NCBI GenBank assembly: GCA_965223855.1 | Contig: CBDCXM010000008.1 | Coordinates: 352,001 to 416,000, forward strand | Direction of reading: 5' to 3' | Source of the DNA: Candidatus Multivoradales bacterium | Lineage (GTDB): Bacteria > Acidobacteriota > Thermoanaerobaculia > Multivoradales > JAHEKO01 | Length of the DNA: 64,000 nucleotides | Part shown: piece by piece, positions 61,893-64,000 of the stretch | Layout of the letters: each line of letters opens with the position of its first letter | Numbering within the stretch: the first letter of the stretch is position 1 | Program-made: the position numbers and the translations under genes | The notes under the pieces: model-generated | What the model saw: the letters and a program-made list of their open reading frames with translations, nothing else | Told to the model about the DNA's origin: nothing | Databases searched by the model: none

Positions 61893-61964
61893 GTGTCTGC
61901 GCCCAGAGCACAGGGCTCTCGAGCCAAAGACGGCTCCTTGCTACCCGGGCACAGTCAGGACTCT

Positions 61965-61985
61965 TTGGTGAGTTGGTGATAATGT
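61965..61985 (+). promoter_or_regulatory. TA operator/promoter: TTGGTGA direct repeats next to a -10-like TAATGT
   Basis: TTGGTGA-G-TTGGTGA-TAATGT, 6 nt before the antitoxin ATG; no SD. Confidence 0.55.
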
Positions 61986-61991
61986 GAGTCC

Positions 61992-62225
61992 ATGGCACGG
62001 CTCACCATCACTCTCCCCGACGACCTCCACCAGGCGCTGAAGCAGGCCTCCGCGAGGCGGCGAAAGACGATCGGCGACCTCGTGTGCGAGAGCCTGACGG
62101 CCTACGGCATCAAGCCGGAGGAGGAGGTCCGGGCGCTGATCGAGGCCGCCCGACGACGGTCCGGGCTTTCCGGGGAGGAAGCGGTGGAGCTGGCGCTGGC
62201 CGAGACGCGGGCTCACCGCGGTTGA
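61992..62225 (+). CDS. Ribbon-helix-helix (CopG-like) antitoxin
   Basis: MARLTITLPDDLHQALK; overlaps the PIN gene. Confidence 0.85.
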   Translation: MARLTITLPDDLHQALKQASARRRKTIGDLVCESLTAYGIKPEEEVRALIEAARRRSGLSGEEAVELALAETRAHRG

Positions 62226-62653
62226 GCAGCTCCCGGCCGGCGGTCGTCGATACCAACGTCGTCGTCTCCGGCCTCCTGTCGCCGGAGGGTGGAGCGCCAG
62301 CAACGGTTCTCGACGCTATGGTCTCGGGTGAGCTGAGATTCGCGGTGTCGGTGGAGCTGCTGGCCGAGTACCGCGCGGTGCTGCTGAGGCCCCGAATCCG
62401 GAGCCGTCATCAACTCGGCGCGCCGGCGGTCGACGTACTCCTCGCGGAGCTGGCGCGTAACGCCGTCGTCGTCGATCCCGTTCGCTCCACGCTCGAAGCG
62501 CCGGACACAGGCGACCAGTTCCTTCTCGACCTCGTCGCCACGCTCGAGGGCACCGTGCTCGTCACCGGCGATCTCGCGCTGCTCGAGGCCGGGCTGCCCA
62601 TCCAGGCTTTCTCCCCGAAGGCATTCCTGGAGTCAGCTCGGTGGATCGACTGA
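62222..62653 (+). CDS. PIN-domain toxin (VapC-like)
   Basis: VVDTNVVVSGLL, E, DTGDQFL, LVTGDLALL; TTG start. Confidence 0.88.
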   Translation: MSSSRPAVVDTNVVVSGLLSPEGGAPATVLDAMVSGELRFAVSVELLAEYRAVLLRPRIRSRHQLGAPAVDVLLAELARNAVVVDPVRSTLEAPDTGDQFLLDLVATLEGTVLVTGDLALLEAGLPIQAFSPKAFLESARWID

Positions 62654-62741
62654 AGCGCCAGATCTTCACCCTCACGAGCAGCGCGGCGTCGTCTACCGGA
62701 CTCACTTGACCACTCTCGACGCCTTCTGTCACCCTCCTCCC

Positions 62742-62900
62742 GGCGACGGTCCTCGCCCAACCTCTTCGACCCTCCCCCGGCGGGGGTCCCTGCGAGGCAA
62801 AGGGGGGCATACTCCCGGATCGGCAACCTGAGTCCTTCGACCCGGGTCGCACCGCGCCGCCGGGGGCGAGGCGGCGACCCTGTGTCTGAAGGAGATTCGG
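62742..62900 (+). ncRNA. Candidate structured 5' leader RNA
   Basis: TTGACC-N18-CACCCT upstream; multiple stems including GGGTCGC/GCGACCC just before the SD. Confidence 0.35.
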
Positions 62901-63566
62901 ATGCCGAAGAACAAGGACTTGAAGCGCCGTGTGCGCGAGCGCATGGAGAAGACGGGCGAGTCGTACGCCGCCGCCCGCGCGCAGTTGATCGACCGCAAGG
63001 CGAAGCTCGAACAGGAGCGCTACGCCGAGCTGGCGGAGATGAGCGAATCGTCGGTGGTGCGCGCCACCGGCCGGGATTGGAGCTGGTGGGTCGATACCCT
63101 CGACGCCGCCGGCGCGACCGAGCTCGCGCACCGCGAGGTGGCGTTGTGGGTGCACGAGGAGCACGGCGTCTCTCCCTGGTGGAGCCAGCAGGTCGTCGTC
63201 GGCTACGAGCGGATTCGCGGGCTCCGCACCGTCGGGCAGCGGCGCGACGGCGGCTTCGACGCCAACAAGAGCCGCACCTTCCCGGTCGCCGTGGAAGTGC
63301 TCTTCGAAGCCTTCGTCGATGAGGGAACACGGAGCCGCTGGCTGGGCGACCTACCGTGGAGCGAGCGCGCCTCGCAGGAGAACCGGTCGCTGCGCCTCGA
63401 CGTCGAGGAGGGGCGGATCGCCGCTCTCTGGTTCACCGACAAGGGGGCCGGGAAGTCGAGCGTGCAGGTGCAAGAGGGCGGCCATCCGACCAAGGTCTCG
63501 GCCGAGGCCGCGAAGAGCCGGTGGCAGGAGCGCTTCGACGCGCTCGCCCAGCAGTTCGTGACCTGA
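62901..63566 (+). CDS. Hypothetical protein: basic N-terminal helix (KRRVRERMEKTGESYAAAR), DUF4287-like middle, SRPBCC/START-like C-terminus
   Basis: AAGGAG SD; ATGRDWSWW...H..VSPWWSQ; KSRTFPV...RSRW. Confidence 0.75.
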   Translation: MPKNKDLKRRVRERMEKTGESYAAARAQLIDRKAKLEQERYAELAEMSESSVVRATGRDWSWWVDTLDAAGATELAHREVALWVHEEHGVSPWWSQQVVVGYERIRGLRTVGQRRDGGFDANKSRTFPVAVEVLFEAFVDEGTRSRWLGDLPWSERASQENRSLRLDVEEGRIAALWFTDKGAGKSSVQVQEGGHPTKVSAEAAKSRWQERFDALAQQFVT

Positions 63567-63720
63567 CCGCGACTCAGCCGGCCGAAGCCGGGATCGAAGC
63601 GCTCGGCTCGCGAAGCTGCGGGGCTCGCTGGCGGCGCTCCGATAGGCTCGGGGCCGTTCCGAGTTCAACGTCTTCCGAAGCCGCCGCCCTCCCCAGGGGG
63701 CGGCGGAAAGGAGTCCGCCG

Positions 63721-64000
63721 ATGTCGCCCAAGCTCCCGCTCACGACGCCCTCTCCTGCCCTACCGGTTGCCGCGCTTCTGTGCGCGGCCCTCCTGACGGC
63801 AACCCTGCTCTCGACCGCGCCGGTCGCCGCCGACGACCACGCCCTGACGATCGACGACATCGTCTCCCAGCTGCGCCTGCGCAGCATCGGCCCGGCGATG
63901 ATGGGCGGCCGCATCGCCGACATCGCGATCCACCCCGACCGTCCCCACACCTGGTACCTCGGCGTCGGCTCCGGGGGCGTGTGGAAGACGACCAACTCCG
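63721..64000 (+). CDS. BNR/VPS10-repeat secreted glycosyl hydrolase-like protein (5' part, truncated by window end)
   Basis: AAGGAG SD; signal peptide; LRSIGPAMMGGRIADIAIHP...GSGGVWKTTN. Confidence 0.85.
   Translation, partial: MSPKLPLTTPSPALPVAALLCAALLTATLLSTAPVAADDHALTIDDIVSQLRLRSIGPAMMGGRIADIAIHPDRPHTWYLGVGSGGVWKTTNS

Noticed and set aside
1-64000. CRISPR array, rRNA, integrase or prophage
   Set aside because: No regularly spaced repeat-spacer array, rRNA, cas, integrase or phage genes were seen.

Overview
High-GC bacterial chromosomal segment. Gene content suggests Acidobacteriota, probably Thermoanaerobaculia-like (inference). Housekeeping blocks: tRNA-Lys/tRNA-Leu-tig-clpP; thiS/moaA; an acyl-CoA catabolic operon (3 crotonases, ALDH, thiolase, C26 amidohydrolase, DinB); rplU-rpmA-obgE-nadD-rsfS; queA; gcvT-gcvH; ppk1/sixA/ppx; icmF and mutA-mutB-meaB. 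Main candidates for something undescribed: (1) a ~12 kb envelope cluster (24.7-36.5 kb). It has a monocistronic secreted protein ending PIPVEVMAFEVD, two parvulin foldases, a sulfatase-fold/TPR lipoprotein with Thr in place of the formylglycine Cys/Ser, two TPR proteins and two CRTAC1/ASPIC-UnbV beta-propellers. (2) A secreted trypsin-like protease/P-domain gene whose single frame is broken only by two TGA codons, both in an ACTGAG context. (3) A DUF2946-like RGPP arrest-peptide uORF ahead of a His/Met-rich outer-membrane protein. (4) An AT-rich intergenic island with paired DnaA boxes and an IHF-like site. (5) A structured leader in front of a 'KRRVRERMEKTGESY' protein. (6) A receiver-less sigma54 activator with altered Walker motifs. 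All calls come from reading the sequence; no searches were run.
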